A DNA stretch of 64,000 bases from Epiperipatus broadwayi (taxonomy: Eukaryota > Animalia > Onychophora), in contig JAQFVV010000003.1 of NCBI GenBank assembly GCA_028023455.1, positions 23,808,001 to 23,872,000 on the forward strand, given 5' to 3'. Positions 26,089-41,131 of this stretch are shown piece after piece; position 1 is the first letter of the stretch; each line of letters starts with the position of its first letter. Position numbers and translations under genes: made by a program. Under the pieces are notes generated by a model. That model saw only the letters and a list, made by a program, of their open reading frames with translations, was not told the origin of the DNA and searched no databases.

Positions 26089-26760
26089 GAACTCAGACTT
26101 TCACACAACCCTCATCTCTCCACACTATCTCATATCACTGATACACTTGACCACACATATGGCTAAACTCTAAAAGATAAATAATCATCAATATATGTAT
26201 TTTATACTAAACCAGTATTCCTCCGTTAGTCCAGATTCTCATCTCTACACATATATACAATAAGTGCTCAGATTTATATCAAGGTAGTAAATCAATCTTC
26301 ATACTTTAATGGACAGTCTTCAATCCACTCCACTTCCAGCCATCCAGCCTATTGAAAATCTGTTATGGTCAACCTGGGTGTGATGAGAATGTTGGCATCA
26401 GTGTGGGCTTTGAGTATTCCATCATCAGATTTTCAATAGAATGGATGGCTGAAGAGTTGGAAGGTGGAGTGGATTTAAGCCTGTCCATTAAAGTATGAAG
26501 ATCAATTGGCTATCTTAATATAAATCTGAGCACTTATTATATATATATGGAGAGATGATAATCTGGACTAACTTATGAGTGCTGGTTTAGCGCAAATTAC
26601 ATTTATTGGTGATTATTTATCTTTTAGACATATATGTGGTCAAGTGTATCAGTGATATGAGATAGTGTGGAGAGTTGAGGGTCATGTGAAAGTCTGTGCT
26701 CAAAATACCCTATATATTACATTGTTTATACAGATATATATATAGCCTGTATGTTAGATA
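26089..26760. mobile_element. 672-bp fold-back A2 element with a hammerhead on each arm; 12-bp TSD
   Basis: Arms ~26089-26362 (-) and ~26426-26715 (+); degenerate hammerheads at 26186-26232(-) and 26565-26611(+); TSD ataaatactatt at 26077-26088 and 26761-26772. Confidence 0.9.
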
Positions 26761-29039
26761 ATAAATACTATTATAAATAAACATTCCTTTAAATTTTAAT
26801 TTATTAACTACTAGCTTATTTACTAATAAATTAATTACTGATAATATTCTAAAAAAATAGACCATAAACTATATTTATTGCAGATAAAATTATACATATA
26901 TTTTAGCTAATTTATTAACAAATCAAGGAATAATTGTATTGAAGAAATAAATAACGCTAAAAAAAATAACCATCAAATATGTTAAAGAAATAGTTTCATT
27001 TTACAACTTTTTGACTGAAATTTTGTCATGGAAGGCTTATCTTTTATTTAAAATAATAAATATATGTTATCAAGACAAACTTATCAAATAATAAAAAAAA
27101 GTAACCATCAAAGAAGACAATTTTTAAAAAATATATATATTTGAGATGTCTTTCAGTCTGTTAAATCTATTATTTGGTTCATTTTAAATTCTTTTAAGAA
27201 ATTATATATTTTGTCATAAATTAAATCATATCCATATTTCTTTTTTCTATTTCGTTACATTAACTGCTATACATTTCAATTCGTTTTTAATAGTTTATTA
27301 TACTCTTCAACTCTTTGCTGTGATTGATTTCCTTTAAATCTTTTCTTGAATATTTCTCATCTTCCATTTAAATTTTCATTTATATTACTATTTTTTACAT
27401 TTGTTTTTTTATTCAACAATTTTGAAGAAGTTTTTCTAATAAAATGACATATTTTGAAAAACAAAGATTTGTCCACAGTTTGTATAATATTTTATCGACA
27501 GAAGTGGTAGATTCAGTTTTATCCAGAAAACTTTACTTCTTGAGTTAAACCACACAGAGTGCTGCTATCAAGACTCATGATGGATGTTGAAGTTAAACGT
27601 GAACAAAAAAGGAGTGCTGTTATTTTGTGATTTACCAAAGTTTGGAAGTTGTACCTATTGAATAGCACTAGTAAGAGAAAATGATAAAAAACGTAATCCA
27701 TAAAAACTAAAACATGCAAAATAATGAATAAATTGTATGTACTTCTTTATCTAGAAGGAGCTAAATAATAAAAAAATAATTCAAACTTTTTTACAATGAC
27801 AGCAATGTCTGACTAATGTAATTTATTTTATGATAGAAATGAAATTAACAAATATTTGATTATTTCTAATTTCAAAATTAACTGATTTTTTTTTTTTACT
27901 ATTTTAAGATAACTATGATTTTTTTAAAAATTTACCATTCAGATAAGAACTGATAAACACACCACTTGTGAAATGACACTAATACAGTAATATATTTTAT
28001 TGCATTTATTTTTGAATTTAAATATGGAAAATATAAATTTCACACATGTACACAGTCCAAAATGTACATTTCATAAAATGTAAAAAACAAACAAACACAA
28101 ATTTAATGTGATTTATTATGGAATGAAATCATTATATTTAACAAATATTTGATTACTTCTAATTTCACAGTGAATATCTAACTTTTTAAATCTTTTTAAG
28201 TTAAATATTATTATTTTTTATCTTTATTTTTAAAATAGTGATGAATTTTTCCCATTTTCCATTACATAAAAACTGAGAGACACTTTCTATTGGTTTGCTT
28301 GTTACAACATATTTATTTTCACCAGTTTATTTAATACACTTCTTATTGTAAAAGGATTAATTTTGGAATGTGCTATATCTTATTACAAAGCTTTGATTTA
28401 AGTACATTTATTATTTTACATTAGTTTCAGCATAAACTATGAAACAAGATTTATTCAATTTGCATTTGGCCTTATATCTGCATTTCATTTCTTATGGATG
28501 ACTGCCATTTAATGCACTTATTTCTGTCATAAGATTATCCAAATTTGTGCCTAGATAACAGCACCAAAAAAGGATAGAAAAGATACTGATGCTTCCAAGG
28601 GTTTTGAAAATAGGGGAAATTAATAGCAGATCAGAATTGATCTTGCCTCTCATTTGAAATACAAATACATGATTGTGTTAAAATTGCTTTATTTTGGTCA
28701 GTTCATTCAATAAGTATATAATTCTTGCAAAGATTATGGAAAAAAATAAGAGTTTCTCCACAATGAGATAGATATTCATCATTACAATAATGAGCCAAAC
28801 AAATTATAGATCATTTTAAAGAAATCCAATTTTTATAAATATCAAAAATCAGTAGTCTTCATAGCATCTAATAATAATAATAGCATCATCATCATTATCA
28901 TCAATATGTGCATTTTTCTATACTTACATGAGTAAGCTTATATGATGCTCAATTTGTGTGGGAAATGGCAATTATTTAGTTAATTATCATATAGTTATTG
29001 AAATACAAGTATACTATGTATATATTTAAATTAGATGTA

Positions 29040-29410
29040 ATTAGAAGGGATTTGAAACCACACTTTCAAGCTCCCTTTAGTTATTCACTCTATCTTATAT
29101 AATCGATGCACATGACCACATATATGTGAAAAAGGTAAGGATCTCCAATATCCATGCTTCATGCTGAACCAGCACTCATCAGATAATCATCTCCCAAACA
29201 TATATATAATCAGTGCTCAGTTTATAGTAAGATAGCAAATCTTCATTCTTTAATGAAGTTTTTAATCTTCTCCACTCTCCAATTCTGCAGCTGTATGTAT
29301 ATTGGAGATCATTTATCTTTTTCACATGTATGTGGTCATTGTATTGGTCATATAAAATGGAGTGGGTGATGAAAGGGAGCTTGAAAGTCTTGGTTCAAAT
29401 CTCTCTAATT
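29040..29410. mobile_element. Fold-back A2 element; + arm begins in hammerhead stem III
   Basis: Hammerhead 29143-29184(-): CTGATGA gtgct ggttc agcat gaag catgga ta ttggag; the right arm starts tatgtata ttggag at 29294. Confidence 0.8.
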
Positions 29411-32400
29411 ATTATATACTGTAGTTAGTAAACTTATCAAATAGCCCAAATAATATTTTAAATGTTAATTTCTCTAAAAAGATTAAATGAGAAAATTGAC
29501 ATGTCTTCATTCTTCTTTATCAGTTTATTTGTCTTTTGCTTAATAATTTTTTATTCTTCATAGATATCAGATATCACCATTATTTTTAATCATAATTGAT
29601 CCACTGCAAATTAACTTCTCTCCAAGTTTAATCCACTTTTTCCCATTCATAGCATTTCTTCTCCATGCCACATCAGCACACTTCCTTATTTCATCTATTC
29701 CTCTGATATGTGGTCTCTTTCTATGTCATTTACAATCTTTTGGGATCTAATTTAAAACTATTATTATCTCTACTAAGAAAATATTCAACCCCACAATATT
29801 TTAGTCTCTTAATTCTTTCAGTGATATCAGTGACATCTATTTATTTCTCATCAGTGCATTTCATTTTTGATTTTTTTCCTGTTACTCCTAACATACATTT
29901 TTCTATACTATATAGTAATGTAAAAATGGATTTAGTGATGATATGTATTTAATATCTTTGTGTAAATACATGTATTATTATATTTTGTATTTCTTTCATA
30001 GCTATTTTATTAATGTGCTTTTTTATTATTGCTTTATTATAGTTTGCAGATAAGTTTTATTTATATGGATACCATATTTCATTCTCACTTTTGTGTATGC
30101 TCTATGAAAATACTTATTAATAAATTATACTGCACTATTTTCTCTTATTAATTCTCTAGTACTAATACTCTAATATTATTCAATTTTCTTAGAATTCTAG
30201 GCTAAGGTGTTTACTATTTAGCCTTTTAGCAGTCTACTGTAAACAAAGTCACTTCATCGCATTTAATTCTAAAAACTGTTGGCAGAATGGCACTAAGCAT
30301 CAAAGTGTCACAAGAATGCCACAACAAGGCATATCATCTGTTAGTTTTGTTGACTAAACAAATAATATTTTAAAATGTAAATTTGATTTTGATTATGTTA
30401 TTGCATTTTAATTATTTTTTATGCCCTATGCAGTTTAACACAGCAGAAGAGTGACAGATTCAACAGCTAAGATTTCTTAGATTGAAGTCAAGCTCTCATT
30501 TCTTGTGCTTAAATATCATATTACCTCCAATTGAATAACCATTCAATTATTTTTTTATTATTATTTTTGCACTTTAGGGATAAGGTAGCTTATACACTGC
30601 TTTAAGTATTGGATTGTTAGAAGCAATTGTGATAAAAAAGTGACAAATATCCACCAGTAATCAAACATTATTGTTTGTTTATTTACGTACTTTATCTTAT
30701 CTGCCTTCAGATTGAAAACTTATCATGCATATATTATTTCTTTAGCTAATGATAATAAGTGCTGTCAAGTTGGCATTGTCTTCTGGTGATTACATAAATT
30801 GTTTGTTTATTTATTTATGTCACTTAGGTTTACTATTTTACAGATAATCTTCTATTTTTATACATAATCCATTTCATAACTTTTCACTGAAGTTGATTTT
30901 TAAATAAGTTAGAGTTCCATTTTTAATGCATTTTTATCATTAGCCATGGTTCATAATATAAACATATTTTTAATAAATGATATCAACTATAGTATATCAA
31001 GAGATGTTATCACAGATAAGATATGCAAGAAAAGAGAGTTGTGATCCATATTTAAAAAAAAACATTTTTGCATTTAATATATATCATAAATTGAGTACTG
31101 ATTTAAAGTGCATTCTCCACCATTTCAAATTCTTAGGATTGCCCAAAACCACTGCTGACACATCCAAGTGATAAATGACATCAAATAATCCACATGTTGA
31201 ATAAACATAAAATTCATCAAACCAAGCTTATAACTTTGAAATACTAAAGCACATGTGCTTACCATAATAAATATTCATAAATCACATTTACTAAAGTCAT
31301 TTCAATAACCTTATCTATCAGATTAATGCTAATAGATAAAAGTAAACTACTTTTATCTAAGTATTACACTGGTAAGTGAATAGCAAATCGATTATTGGTA
31401 ATAAAAAGGAATGAGGTTTTACCTTAATATATTCAGTTTCACTTTTTAACTATCAATGATTGATTTACTTTTCATATAATAGCATAGTAATTGTCTATTT
31501 TTTAAAAACTCTGATTGATGGATTAGCATTGACATTGAATATTATTAAAGTGATTTAGACAAGTCTGATTGGTGAATTATTATTATAGTAAATGCGTTTG
31601 GAGTTTGTTTCTGGATAAATATTATTAGATAAAAAGTTTTGATATATTTTCTTTGTATATTTTATTAAATATCATTATTTTAAAATATTAAATGGATGCC
31701 AAATCGTATATATTCCGTGGTCCCCAAATATGTCATCTATCCTTGTTTACTAATAATACAGCAGTTTTTTAACCTGTTGCCTTTAGAACACTAGAAATCT
31801 ATATCTTTATAGGAAGTTCACAAAGAAATTTTATGAACTTTTACAATTAAAGTAAGACGAATGTAAAAAGAAAAAAAAAACTAAGTCCATGAATTTAATT
31901 TTTTACCTGTTTATGTTATAAACAAAAGGAAAATAACTGTTTAATAGCAAAAAGTGCAATTAGCACTTAAGGTTTATAAAACTTGAGCTATTCCTGGGCT
32001 TTAGCTCTTGTAGACAAAAAGTACAGGTATATTTAATTTTATTTAAAAGTAAATAAGAAGTATACAAAAATTATATAATGAAAAATGAGCCAAATTATGA
32101 AAAAGTAAATAGAATCAATTGGTTTAAGTATTGAATGACTATTTTTTAATATCTTATGATTTTATTAGAAATCAAGTTTATTGACTCCAAAATGTTTTAA
32201 ATAGATAGTAACTAAATTAACCAATAAGAAGACACTTGATTGCTGTCATTTGTATTTTGTTATAAATTATATCAATTCCATTCTGTTGACTCATATTTTA
32301 TCTTTATTATTCATCCTCTAAGTCCTAGATGTGTCACAGATTATGAATCACGTAGCCATCTTCAACATTTCAATAATTTAGACATTAAATCTATTACTTA

Positions 32401-35400
32401 ACATAGCTACAAGCTTTAATAATTATAAAATTACTTATTTATAATTATGACAGTTGTTTTTGTATTATTTTTGTGTCATTCATAAATCTGTTATCATTTA
32501 ATTTCTGCTTCTTTTTTTTTATTATTATTAAAGGAGGATAAAAGTCAAAATTAACAGGTAGGCATGATTAACATATCAATTACATACCAGGAAACATATC
32601 TATCTATTCACCTGCTTTCATTTTTCCCCCCAAAATGTTTTAAGTTAAATTGACCTAGAAATGCATAGTTGCAATAATGTTATCATGAAAAATAAAATAT
32701 TAACAAATCAAATTATATATGCATGAGAACACGCACATTCCAGTATGTGTGATATACGAATATATGTAACTATGTATTTTGGAATCTTTAACTCTGAACT
32801 TTAGCTTTCTTTAGATCTAATTGACAAATATCCGAGAAATAGGAATAATGATTGTCATGCTTTGATCTGGAGTTTGAGACTGTTCAGATGAATCAAAATA
32901 TTTTTAAGTCATATGCAAGCTTAGGGGTAAACAGTTCATAATTAACTCAGTTGGCCATCTAATATTGGGTTATAAATGGGTACGTTTACTACTAATTGAA
33001 GGTAAAGATCCCATGTTAATTTAGATAAGTGTTGATATACCTTCACCATTAGTGTAGGAGATTATGGCTTTTTTAAATAAATTATCTTTGATGATTAGAG
33101 GAAATAAACCACACCTCCTTAATTTTGTGCATGTTATTGTTATCACTCTTGTTCAGATTCATTTTAATGTTTTTGAAAAAAAAAACCAGATCTATATATA
33201 TATAAATTTTCTTTATCATATTTTTATTCATGATCATATTGCATCACATCACCTAGAAGATTTGCAAGTGTTTCACTCCCTTACAATATTTTACAATCCA
33301 TGCTATTATGCACAGTAGTATAATTATGGCTGAAAGTTGCATTCAATTTGTCTGTTTTATCTTTTATGTTATTGACAGTCTATTAAAATTAAGTGAAATG
33401 GGGAAATGACATGTTAAAATCATTATGCTATTCATAAGTAGTATGGTTACAGGACATTAAAATTTGGTTTTTAGATTTCTTAAGTGGATATTAACTGATT
33501 ATAAATGAAAACATAATATATCTTGAGGAATAATTAATGGTATTCAGATAATCACTAATACTTTCCTTAATATGGGGTTATAGTAAAGCACTAGCTTATT
33601 ATACTCATGACCTAGTGTTTAAACCTTGAATTTTTTCAGGTCACAAACAGATTCATCCCTTTAGATAAATGTTCCATAGCCAATCTAAATTAGTTATTCA
33701 ATAACAGTTTGTAAAACGAGTATCTGATTACTATTAGCCAGATGTAAAGGTTTCATGATGATCTGAGTTACTTATATGAGTGTGAATACACTGACTCTAA
33801 AAATTAAGACTACAATTATATGATACAATCCTCAAACTTGCTGTGAGAGGATTTGAATTTCATTTGCACAAAGTATTTAGTTATTCTTATAATCTCCCAA
33901 TTGATCTTATATATATAAAAGCATATGAACTGGATGTACATAATATCACAAATAGTGCTTTCAAAAAATGAATTACAGTTTTTACATAAAGCTGCTTTAT
34001 GTGTATTATTGTTTGTACTATAAAGTGAATATTTTTAAATTATTTTTATTTAGAAGCAGACATTTGCCTAAGTGTAGGATACACAGAAAAAGTAATATCA
34101 AAACTTCAATTAATGATTTGGTCTCATATGGATACTGTCAATTAATCCTCAATAATTTGCAAGACTAAATTTGACCAACGAACAAAGTGTTGTCTTTCAG
34201 TAAATAAATCTAATAAATGAGAGATTTCCAACATTCTTATGATTCCTGTACTGATAAATAATTCTCTTCACTCTGCTGTAGAGCTGTTAATGTCAAACAG
34301 AGTAGTCACTGGTTACCAAATGGTACAGTGCTGTAATGTCCATATCTGACATACATTGTTTACTCAGTCTTGTAGTAAATGACTGTGGAGTATAATGAAG
34401 TGAACTGATAGAGACAGTTGAGAGTCATGTGATATTGTTGGTGCATATAAACCATCAAAGCAAATTATTTTCACCTTACTCTAAAGCCATTTACAGTAAG
34501 CTTTACTTATTAATGGCTATAAAATAAAGATAACTAATCTTGGAAGAATATAAATAAACATATGAGAAAATCATGTGATAATATTATTAGTAATAATCTT
34601 CCTAGTCAAAAATAGAAGGGCTCTATAGTTGTCACAAAACTGAGAACTCTAAAATACATAGAAACTGCTTGATGTCAGATCTATATAACTACACAAGTGA
34701 CTTAGCTTGAGTTACAAAATCTTAGGCTTTTTTAAAACTCCAAGACATTTGCTTCGGTAATATAAAGGAATAAATGATTCCTCATTAGATGCATAATTGC
34801 ATTAATTCTAGCTTTAAATCCTAGTCTTGAGTGAAGCTGGTATAGAAATGAGAATTTTACAGCATTGTATTTTTATCTGGTATTCATTCATTACTCAAGC
34901 TTATAATAGATGACACCAGAATAGAGTGTAGATAACTGTTCTTGGAAGCATAGGAATAAGCATGTGATGAAAGTCATGCGATGATTTTATAGGAGATATT
35001 GTTTTATATTGTACTTAGTCTATTAATTAATAAGATGAAAAAATTTAAATTATTTGTGGAGTTGGTATGCATAATTAGCTAAGATTGTGAGATATTGTAC
35101 TATAATGGGATATTATCTATAACTTCTCCCCTCTTAAAATCATTCCATGCCTTAGTATTATAACCAACCAACTTGAAAATCCAAATTAATTATAATGTTA
35201 AATAGCTACTGAAACTGGCACAAATGTATGTTTGGGCAGAGCTTGCATTTTAATATCACTATTAATTTAATCTCGTAAAATTCTAATCCATAATCTGTTC
35301 AACAATCTATACCTGTAAATGATTATGTTATAAAGAATTTTTTTATATATCTGAATTCTAATTACAATGTAATCCATAAAATGACATTAATTTGCATCTA

Positions 35401-38400
35401 GATATATTCAATTTTTTCATTGTGATTTGTGTTTATGATAGCCAATCTATATGCTGTGTAAAAATTTAATAACATCAGACTATTTAAGTTTACAAAAGAA
35501 TAAATTCTGTGAATTTGAAGATAAACTATCACCTCTTCCCTCTCCCAAAAATACCAGGTATTTCTCTGTCTAAGTATACCTTCTTAGCTGTACAAAATGA
35601 GTTTCACTAAGAGCAATAACATCAGTAATCATATTGTTATTTTGAAGGTCATGTGCCCCTAAAATGCATAAACACTGTAATCTGAGCAAACTAATTTTTA
35701 AATTTTACTCAGCTGAAAATCAATTTAGAATTATTAGTTCTTGAGTTTGAGTTCACGACTCTATCACATCAATGAAGAAATTGAAACATATCAGTGATGT
35801 TAAATAAAGAAGCAAAATGGTGTGGATTTGCATAAATAAACCTAAAAGAAAAGTAATAATATTTAGCAAGAAAAAATGGGAAAATGATCAAAATTGATGA
35901 AGATGAACTAGACAATATTGAAAGCAATAAGACTAAAAGTATCTAGAGCAAAAATATATCCACAAGTCATGCATAAATTTGAGAAAAGAAAGTTATAGAA
36001 TATAATACAAATTAAAATAAATGGATATACACATGCATAATTAGCAATGTATTGTATAGTTATGAAACAACAGCTATGATAAACTTTCAATGGAAAAAAA
36101 AAACTTGGGACTTAGAAAGAATACACTAAAGAAAGTTACTGAGTATTGGTTGGTACCAAAAGTTTTCTATGAAGAATTGTGCAAAATTATCAATTGTAAA
36201 AAATTTGTTGAAGAAAGTTATAAAGAAAAAGTTATAATTATTTGCAGAAGTGATATTAAAAATATTTATGAATCTATGTGCTATATATTTCTTTTTTCTC
36301 AGTATGTAAGGAGGGGGGGGATGAAAGCAGAAATCAGCAGACTTTTAAAATAGTTTATAACTGAGAATATTAAATACAGAAACTTGATAGAAACACATAA
36401 AAAGTGGTTTGCTATTTAGCTAAAAAGAATGAACCATTAAAAGTAACATTTTCTATTTACATACATCATATATCATTGATTTTATTCCCTGGTACTACAC
36501 AATAAAGCATTAAATGTGATACTGATTAATGTTGCTACTCTTTATTTTATATAAAAAATAGCAATGTTCTTTTGTAGATTACAATTGCTAATCTGATAAT
36601 GGACATTCCTATCATTAGCAATTATAAGTCATTCATATTTTTGTCTGAAGTATTCTAGGTGTTTATTATTTCAGAAATATATATTTTTATTTTAAATTTT
36701 ATTATTCTTATTATCAGAGCATAATTTTTTATTTTCAATTTCATTATTTTTATTATCAGATTATTTTCACCTACAACTTAGATATTGAATTTCACTTCTG
36801 CAGTAAAACTCTGCCATATTTTCAGAACTTTTTGATTTGTTACAGTTCATTAAAATTCTAAAAAAACTTGGCTAGATTATATAAAATTTTTACTTTAAAG
36901 GCTTATCAATTAAATAATATAAATTCACAGAAAATAAAGAACATATATCCCCAATGTACAATAATGCAACAGTTGTTCATCACTTTAAATCTTCAAAACA
37001 AAACCTGTAAATAATGAATTGCTTGGTGGAGATCTAAACATAGTTCAATTGTCCTAAACTAATATGTTGCTAAGTTTGAAATGATATAAAACTGACATTA
37101 TTCTGAATAACTTATTTTACTTGAATAGTGTTGGGGAATTTTATATAACATTACATTTGAAATGATATAAAACTAACTAACTTATTTGAACAATAGTGAG
37201 GACTTTCTTTATTAACTAATATGATTTGCCAAGTTCTGAGTAACGTTGTTTGTTTGAACAATGGTGAGAATGTGACATATATTCAAAAATAGCCCATCAA
37301 CTACTGTACATATAAAAATAATAAATATCTATAGTTGTACAAATATTAAAAAATTTATATGGAAGCTTTAAATTTTTTTTAAGAATCTGTAGGAGACTAT
37401 CAGTGTATATTGACTGGCCTTGGCTGAATATCACCAGTGATGGTTTAACTTTATATTTAGTATGAGTGATAATAGGAAATTAAAAACAAATTGTTAGTAT
37501 TACATAAAACACAAATAAAAGTGAAATATTTCATAGGTAAATGAATAGATAAAATTAAAGAATGCAGTGGAATTAATTTGCATTTACTCAATTTTCTTGC
37601 AAGCGATAAACAAAATTGGAGTTGATAAAGAAATATTATGTATTTATAAGTACTGAACTCATGGCTTTTAATGATATATTTTTGCAATTGCATAAGACAT
37701 CTATTACAAATTTAAAGCCTAATTATCTCTTAGATATAATCACTGTTTGACATTCAGGAATTTAAAAGGTTCATATCGAGCAAAGTTTGCACATTCTTTG
37801 AATCTATATTTAAAAATTGAAATGTTTACCTTTAATACCATCATTATTTTTCATTTTGTTTAATATTGCTATTATTAACATTGCAATTACTTCTACCTGG
37901 CACATATGTCATGTGTATTACCATGTATATAAAAGCACCATTTTTTAATAAAAAAATACTTTTATCATAAAAAACCACATTACAGCATTGAGACATTATC
38001 TCAATATGGATATGAAGAGCATCACGGTATAAGTGGTTATCACATTCTTCTACTATTTACGCAACCTGTGTTTGAAACTGGATGAAATTTAATTTTCAAA
38101 AACTGAAGAGTTCTAAAGAAGCTTAGAATTTTTTAAAAGCAACTGGTCCAGCTAAACATCATATTACAAGTCAGTTAATGACTATCTAACTAGCCTTCCA
38201 ATTAATGCTAATAAACAAACAGCTATCTAGATGATCATTTATTTATGGCTAGAAAACAAATGGTTATCTAGCTATTCTTAAATAGAGGATGAAACAAGTT
38301 AAAAGAGAAAAGATAAAATCACTAAACATCAATTAACTAACTATCTTGGGAAGTAAGAATTTTTTACTCAATATCTCTCTGTGAATGGGGATATAGGAAG

Positions 38401-40468
38401 ACATTTAGTTATCTGTCTAATTATAGGTTGGTAAGTGAATGAATGGCTAATTAGATGACTACATTGTGGTTGAAAAGCAAATGGTTACCTAATCATCAAG
38501 GAAGGAAATGGTAAAAATACCAAATATCAATTAACCATTTTGAGAAATAATGATTTTTTTATTCATTATCTTTCTCTATTCTCTATAAATGAATAGTGGG
38601 AGGCATATTTCTCTGTGAATTATTTAAGATTTTCTTTCTACATATACACACATACGTTGATGTATATATTGTTGAAGTTGATTTACTGCTATAAATTATT
38701 TACTTCAGATATCTAATACTTAGTACAGATTGTAAACTGAATTTTCAAAATCACATTATTTATTGAGATAATATTAAAACACAGACTGGCATTAATATCT
38801 TTCCATAGCGTTACCTAATTAACTTTTTAACAAGACTAAAGCTAATAATCAAGTTCAACAGCTGTTAATTAACATGTGAAACCATTTTATATTCAATGTT
38901 TTTGTGCACTCTTTTAAATTAATTATAATATTTTTCAAGTTCATTAATGCATAGTTGATGAGCTATTTCTGAATATATAAGTTTTTTGACTTCAGTAAAT
39001 ATATAGTAGTGATCTACATAGCTTGTTACTAAACGTAAAGGGAATCTTAAAAAGTTGATGCTAACATAATTTGCATAAATAGTTTGGAAAGCAAATTACC
39101 AAAAAGAATTTAATGCTTTAAAACCGGAGACCTTTCTTTGACATACTTCGAAAGTATTAAATCTGCTTTTTAAAATAAAACACGTACATACTTTCTGTAT
39201 ATACTTACGGAATGAATATTGACTTTAAAAAAAAAAGGTCAATCTATCATTTAATCTATGGACTGCCATAACTTTATTTTTAAAATATATATATACCATT
39301 TTATGATTTACATTATTATATACTTTTTCACAACGATATATGTATATTTATATTATTTATCTATGGAGAACCGAATGGTAGAATTGCATTTGTTTGCCAT
39401 GCCATAATAGTATTGGGTTCAAATTTTTAACTGCTAAAATTTTTTTGGATTTCATTTAAGCTTAAGATTTTGTTTTCAAATAGCTAATCCACAGCTAACT
39501 TTGCTAGCCATCAAATATTAGTAAGTTAATAAGAGACCAGCTTTAACAAGGATGAAAACCGCTTATATCCCCATCAATGGGCAATTAATTAAACCTGATG
39601 AGTAATGTTTTTTTTTTATCAGAGTTTTTCTTTGAGAAGTAATTTTACTGTAGTACTTTTAGTATACTTTGGTTTTAATTCACTATTTCAAATTTTGGAA
39701 ACAAAAAATAAAATAAATTATATATATATGCACACACATGTATAAGCTAATATAAAGTGGAAAACAATTCATGTGATCATATAATTTAGAGGTATAAAAC
39801 ATTTAATATAAATTGATTCTAATTTAGAAATAATCATGAGGTGGTGTGTTACTTGGAAGGTTAGTGATAGTTGAGCATTGAAATGACAGGTTAAGCTAAC
39901 TTGTTCATTCAATTAACAATGGGAATCAATTCAAGATTTTAGCTTTCTTGTTATCTACCATTATTCTAAGTTTTTGCAGGACATTTAGAAATTATTATTA
40001 TCATTTCCAGCCATTATCAACTGATTGCAGAATTAAATTCTCAAAGATTAGTCCAGTTTCTCCAATCCATATCCTCTTATCCACACTACATCAGAAAATT
40101 TCTATATTTCATCCATATACCTTACATAAGCATTTACATATTTCTGATACAAATTTAACAAACAAATTTTTTTTGCTTGATAAAATATGAAAATTACTTT
40201 AAATTATTATAGAAAAGAATATTATTCAGACAAAATGAACAAATTTATGAAAAACAAATTTTACACTTGTTCGGTGGTTTTGGTAAAGCGCCATCTTTTG
40301 AAATGAACAAATTATATAAATATTAAGTAATACAGTACTTTTAATAATATATAATCTTAAAATGACCATCTTTCCTTATATTGTTTATATTAGTAAACTG
40401 GCCTCTATTGCCAGATTTGAATTTACAAATGTAATACAATTCAAATTGCATTTGCATTCTGGATATTA

Positions 40469-40659
40469 TCAGATGAACTTCCAAACACACTCAAATGTTA
40501 GCAAAGCAAACAATTTAACTTCACAAAATAGAGCATTAAATTGAGTAGCAATTTCTTGTGAAGTTACAAAATTTGCTATATTGGATGAAGTTTTGGAAAG
40601 ATCTGAATACAGTTGGAGGTTCTTCCAGGACTTATCAGATTTACTATTCTTATAAGATT
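40469..40659 (-). CDS. Candidate terminal exon, in frame with candidate exon 40942-41042; unknown protein
   Basis: catttgcatatag| acceptor; phase-1 join to ...QPLK G|gtaaat gives ESYKNSKSDKSWKNLQLY...VWKFI*; no homology recognised. Confidence 0.3.
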
Positions 40660-40941
40660 CTATATGCAAATGTAGTGATTCATTTTACATTTGTAAAATG
40701 ATAATAGATGAATACAATATATAAAATAGAAAACATATACAAATGAGCATGTATATATGCATCTAAAATTATATAATTTCACTTAAATGGACATATGTAT
40801 ACAGATAACGTATAATATACTCCACACACACAGATTCTCCTTTTATAAATGCTCAATCGCTATTTGGTAAAGGACAACTATAACAGGCATTAAATTGCAA
40901 TAAAACAACATAACTACAAAATGTAATAAATTTTCATTTAC

Positions 40942-41042
40942 CTTTCAATGGTTGTGGCACTACCAGATTAAACACTTCTGCACTTTGTGTAACCAATATT
41001 AAAGATACATTCTGAATATGAGATGTGAAAATCTTCATATAT
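40942..41042 (-). CDS. Candidate exon (YMKIFTSHIQNVSLILVTQSAEVFNLVVPQPLK)
   Basis: tttttttttatgtaaag| acceptor, aaag|gtaaat donor, one open frame. Confidence 0.3.
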
Positions 41043-41131
41043 CTTTACATAAAAAAAAATAAAGTTTTAGATCATGTATTAAGCATTCATTAATATTAAA
41101 GATCAACTAATAAACCGTCATAATCAAAATT

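Noticed and set aside
40275-40300. aagATGGCG start/YY1-like motif on minus strand
   Set aside because: Short ORF with no good donor; the motif is also common in transposon ends.
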